64,000 nucleotides of DNA, taken from the NCBI GenBank assembly GCA_028534125.1, contig CM052842.1, positions 1,736,001 to 1,800,000 of the forward strand, written 5' to 3'. Position numbers and translations under genes: made by a program. Shown in pieces: positions 59,712 through 64,000 of the stretch (positions within the stretch are counted from its first letter, which is position 1; every line of letters begins with the position of its first letter). The notes under the pieces are model-generated. The model saw only the letters and a list, made by a program, of their open reading frames with translations, was not told the DNA's origin and did not search any database. Source of the DNA: Lama glama (taxonomy: Eukaryota).

Positions 59712-60255
59712 TGATACAGGAAAATGGGGCCCCGGATGACGGCCTTGTCCCAGCTCTCAGTGAGTCCCTGGGATGTGCCAAGTGAGGGTCCTTGGCTTCG
59801 CACAGGAAGGGATTTGAGAACCAGCCACAGTTGAGTGAAAGTAGATTTATTCAGAGAGATGGAGACTCCATGGACAGAAAGTGGTCGTCTTGAGGGGTGG
59901 AAGGCCGTCTCAGGGCACGGAGTCATCCAGGAGGGGGAGAGCGGCCACGAGGTGCGGGCTGTCAGTTTTTATGGCCCGGTGACTTCATATGCCAACCAGT
60001 GGGAGGATCGTTCCAACTGCTTCGGGAAGGGGCTGGGAGTCCCAGGAACTGGGCCATCACCCCTGTTTTGACCTTTTATGGTCGGCCTTGAAACTGTCTT
60101 GGTGTCCGTGGGAGGGCCCTTCAGCAGCTATTGCATTACAATGAGCGTATGTTGACGCTCAGGCTCTCCTGGGACTTGACTATTCCACCATCTTGGTGCT
60201 AATTTCTGTGTCATCCTTTTAATGACCGTGCCCTGTCCCCTCCCCTCCTGTCTCA
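59712..60255 (-). mobile_element. ERV1-type solo LTR with 4-bp TSD (TTCT)
   Basis: TG...CA termini; TTCT at 59708-59711 and 60256-60259; minus-strand AATAAA at 59846-59851 and TATA-like CATAAAAA at ~59966-59973; homologous to 3487-3720. Confidence 0.9.
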
Positions 60256-60559
60256 TTCTTACATCTTGTCCCCTAACATTCCATTGATCAGTGCAACCCA
60301 GCGTGACTGGGTGGGCATGTACCTTCAACCCTCTGTGCCAGCACCACCAAGCCACCTGGCGGAGGGAGGGCGTGGCCTGTGGGGACAGTACCCAGGCTAC
60401 CACACTTCCTGGGGCCTCTCTGAACCTGGACCCTGGCCGGGCTTCGACCACAGCCCTGCTTACGAGAGTCTAGTGTCCTCCTGGGGAGGCAGGTCCTGCT
60501 TCCTGGATCCTGGGGGGAGGCCCTGCATGCCAGCTCTCCCCTTCTTTTTTTTTCACTAA

Positions 60560-61620
60560 TAATGCTTCCCTGTGTGTCACTGTGTTCTTCTGGGTGACTT
60601 TCTCTAGAGAGGTAGCCTGAGGTGGAATGACCGTGGGAGGGAGAATTTGTGCATCCTCAGACCCATCAAGCATCACCAGACGGCTCTCGAGGCGGCCGTG
60701 CTGAACCACCCTCCCATTGGCTGCCTGCGTCTCTGTTTCTTCACTCACTGTCGACATCATCACATCTACAGGTTTTGCTTGACATGTGGGTGCTTAAGGG
60801 TGAGTTTCTTTTATTTTAATTGCACTTCCCTGATGAGTTGTGAGGTTGGACGTTTAAAAATACATTTATTGGCCGTTCGCATCTCCTCTTTCGCAAATTA
60901 CTAGCTCTGCTCCCACCCTTGTGCTTCTAGGCTGATTGGCTTTAATTGCTGAGCGGGTGTTCACTGCGTGGTCTTCTCACTGCTCTTCCCTGTCAGCTGT
61001 TCGCCCTGAATGGTTTTGACTCGGTATCTTCCCTCTGTTTGTGGAGTTTTTCTTGTAGAAGACATTTTAATTTTAATTCAGTCAAAATGAGTCTTCACTG
61101 AAGGTCGTGGGCTTTTATATCTCGTTTAATTAATCCTTTCCTAACTCACGTTTATGAAGATATGATCTAATATTTTCTTCTTATTGCTTTGTTTCCCACA
61201 GTAGGGATTTATTTTTGTGCATGACATGAAATAAGGATCTAATTTTATCCTACTATGGAGAATGGCTGTTTCCGGGCCGTGAGTGCAGGACTGCGACGTT
61301 CTGCACTGACGCAAGCCCCCCACCCCGAGTGAGGAGACCAGTGTCTGGCCCATCTTCCCTCTCAGCGCCAGGGACAGGCGGACTCGGTGGCCCGCGCCCT
61401 CCCCTCCTGCCTCCCCAAGCGCTGACTTCCGACGGGACCCCCGACCTTCTGAATCCTGGTGGCTCTCGACCTTTCATTCTTCCTTACGAATCTCCTCGTC
61501 CACTAGGAGGTTCCATGAAATGCCTGCTGAAGTTTGACTGGAATGTGATGAGCTTGCAGACTGTGTTGCAGGAAATCCACATCCTAATGGGGTTGAGTCT
61601 TCCGCTCCTGGACAGGACGT
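60560..61620 (-). mobile_element. Old L1 (L1ME-like) ORF2 fragments
   Basis: TTTTAATTGCACTTCCCTGATGAG, TTTATTGGCCGTTCGCATCTCCTCTTT, TTTTAATTTTAATTCAGTCAAA; minus ORF contains KIKLDPY-like RIKLDPYFMSCTKIN. Confidence 0.7.
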
Positions 61621-61865
61621 GAGTGGTGGTCACTGGTACTGGGCGCCAAGCATCCCATCCCCCTTCCAGAAACCAGCATGTGGCACCTCCTGTCCCCTGG
61701 GGAGGTGGGGCCCCACTACCGGCGCTGGGAGAGGGGCTGTGCTGGTCACTGCAGACTCCCTTCCTCCCTGGCAGGCACAGGGCCCCCCAGTGCTAGGGGT
61801 GGGGGCAGCTCTGCAGCCGGGACCCCCAGCAACCCACAGCGGATGGGCAGGTGGGCGAGGGGTCC

Positions 61866-62127
61866 CCAGGTGGTGCACCAGCGTGGGCTGGTTCTGGCTT
61901 CTGAAAACCAGTGTTGAATTTTCTGGAATGTTGCAGAATGTGGCTGGTTAAATTCTCTGTGTTCTCTTGAAATCCACCGTGGTGGGAGTAGTCACACCAC
62001 AGAAATCCACAAATGCAAGAAATCAACACTATTTTTACCCTGAAGAGCAAGGCTCTTTACCTTATTTTAAAACCTCCTTGTGTTTCTGGGGAGCCTGTTG
62101 TTAAACAGTCACCAGCTCACCCCTGGT
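61866..62127 (+). mobile_element. MER63-like hAT-Blackjack DNA transposon
   Basis: CTTGAAATCCACCGTGGTGGGAGTAGTCACACCACAGAAAT and terminal GAGCCTGTTGTTAAACAGTCACCAGCTCACCCCTGG resemble MER63. Confidence 0.75.
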
Positions 62128-62369
62128 TGAAGCTGCTGAGATACCGGGTTGCTTTTCACTGCATGTGACTCACACTTCCCGAAACAGTACCTCTCCCCAT
62201 GCATTCAAACCTTCTGCGTTCTTCTGTTGCATTTTATATTTTTCCACAAAAGGCGGACTGCTCCCTGACTCCGGTGTCCCCATGGTACCCACCCCCCTGG
62301 GTAGGGCACCTGATCGTAGCCTTGAGACCTCGTGCAAATCCTTGATGCACCTGTGCCTCAGTTCCCTTT

Positions 62370-62821
62370 CATTACTGAACCAGACGCAGGTCCGCTTGCT
62401 GAGTGCAGTAAGGCAACCTACTGACACGGGGCTGTGGTGAGGGAAGCGCAGTGTTTATTCAGGGTGCCAAGCAAGGGGAATGGGTGGCTCGTGCTCAAAA
62501 CCCCAAACTCCCTGAAGGGTTTCAGCAAAGCCCTTTTAGAGGCAAAGTTAAGGAGGGGCGTCCCAGGGTCTGCGATCAGCTGCGCACATCTCTCTGATCG
62601 GCTGATGGTGATCAGTCCTCAGGCACCAGGAGGTCTGGGGGCCATGTGATCATGACCATCAGGTGGTTAATTTCTTCCACTTTGTGGTGGTTTTTAGCAT
62701 CTGAAAAGCTCAAGAAATTCACATGAGATACTATTATCTGGGTCCTTCCGGGAGAAGCACCAGCACAGGATGTGGGAGGGGTCTATTCCAGGAAGGCCTC
62801 CGAGGGTCGTGCGTGGTCACA
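62370..62821 (-). mobile_element. Second ERV1-type solo LTR (different family), TSD CTTT
   Basis: CTTT at 62366-62369 and 62822-62825; ends GGTCACA; minus-strand AATAAA at 62454-62459; left terminus CATTACTG is a degenerate TG end. Confidence 0.8.
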
Positions 62822-63132
62822 CTTTCCTGCTCCATGTGGGCAGCTCGTGGCTTCTTAATGGAGGCAAACAGTAGCATCTTTCTCAAAGAGTCACCACAGC
62901 TGGTGAAGGCAGAAGGCGCTGCTCTGAAGGGTACGGGGAGGGCAGATCCCTCGGCCTCCCCCTGCCTACGGGTGCTGCCCCGTCCTGGTGGGAGTCCTCA
63001 TGGTTTCTTCGGGGTCAACATAGGCCTGAAGCATCATGGCCAAGAGCTTCCAAAAACTGAAGTCAATCCAACCTGCAGAGGATTCCAGAACTCTGTCCCT
63101 CGAGAGAGCAGGTTCTCCAGCCTTGAACGTCC

Positions 63133-63149
63133 TGCCCGCAGGGGGCAAC
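63133..63149 (+). promoter_or_regulatory. Candidate CTCF site
   Basis: TGCCCGCAGGGGGCAAC, close to the core consensus. Confidence 0.3.
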
Positions 63150-64000
63150 TTGCGTAGCTGGGGAACCACTTAGCTCTCAGGCTGGGGCAAGGTTCCTACT
63201 GGTCCCCTCTCCACAAGTATCTGGCTCCACAGCAAGTGTCCTGTTTGACCCCAAACAATTCATCCAAAGCAAGAATTCGGCCTCAGAGGGATGCCTGGGA
63301 GAGCAGGACCGTCCAGCGCTCTGGAGGACAGCGCGCAGCCGGCGCCCGCCCTGCAGGAAGGCCATCCCTTCCCCTGACGTGGCGTCTGGGACGCGCGGGT
63401 CAGCGGTGCTCTCTGCATGGGGAAACACGGAGGTCCCTGTTCTTCGCCCGCAGCTTCTGAGTTTCACGTCAGAAGCGCCAATAGCTTGTCTAGCAAGAAA
63501 GACAAACTCAAGCAACCAAAGGAACCGCTCAATAACATTATTGCTCAATATTTAACTTCTTGAAGCCAATTACGGTTTTTCACCTTTTTCCCGCTCGCAC
63601 ACGGCGTAGAGCAGGAACGACCGAGGGACGGTCGGGAACGGGAGCGCCCGGAGGCGGGCGAGCAGCGCAGCGGCAGGACGGGAGACGCGCCCGCCCCGCG
63701 CTCAGAATCGCAAGGCTGACTCTTAACACGCGCGACGTGACTCCTCTACAATCAGCGACAGCAAATGCTCGTTTTTAGCTCAGTAGCTTCTAACGTGCTA
63801 TTATGGCAATTAGCTTGTTTTGTGCCGAATTGTATTTGGCCACTTTCTTCTCGACCAAATTGGTTTTGGCCCAATGACATCTTCCTCGTGGTTTCCTGGT
63901 CTGTAAAACAGAGACAATTGGATGTAGCCGATAAGAATCGGCGAGGGAGCCAAACGTCCCCGTGCTTCTCCAGGCCTGGCCCCATCTGTGCACCTCCCTC

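Noticed and set aside
3487-60255. Two related LTRs as the ends of one giant provirus
   Set aside because: 56 kb apart, clearly diverged, no gag/pol/env between them, and the right LTR has its own TSD.
1-64000. Naming the host locus
   Set aside because: The composition fits several GC-rich developmental loci, but no exon was recognised, so no gene name can be supported.

Overview
GC-rich, non-coding mammalian genomic DNA, most likely from a camelid (alpaca/vicuna/camel): it has three Vic-1-type tRNA-derived SINEs and I saw no Alu, B1, Bov-A or CAN SINEs. I recognise no protein-coding exon, structural RNA gene or prokaryotic feature, and the ORF track is consistent with chance GC-rich frames, simple repeats and N-gaps. 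The window reads as a large intron or gene desert. About 1-50 kb is mostly unique GC-rich DNA with ancient eutherian repeats (MIR, L2, MaLR MLT1, MER33), simple repeats and many short AT-rich islands loaded with homeodomain, forkhead, POU and TALE motifs that look like developmental enhancers. About 51-63 kb is dense in old minus-strand L1 fragments, with two ERV1-type solo LTRs (4-bp TSDs), a MER63 element and two assembly gaps. I found no solid evidence for a new biological system. The best leads are the candidate enhancer archipelago with a shared ACTCTAATTA word, an unassigned ~650-bp inverted-repeat-like element at 63.2-63.9 kb, a solo LTR pointing into a CpG-rich patch, and strong GC/CpG gain in old repeats. 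Repeat subfamily names come from recalled consensus similarity, not from a database search.
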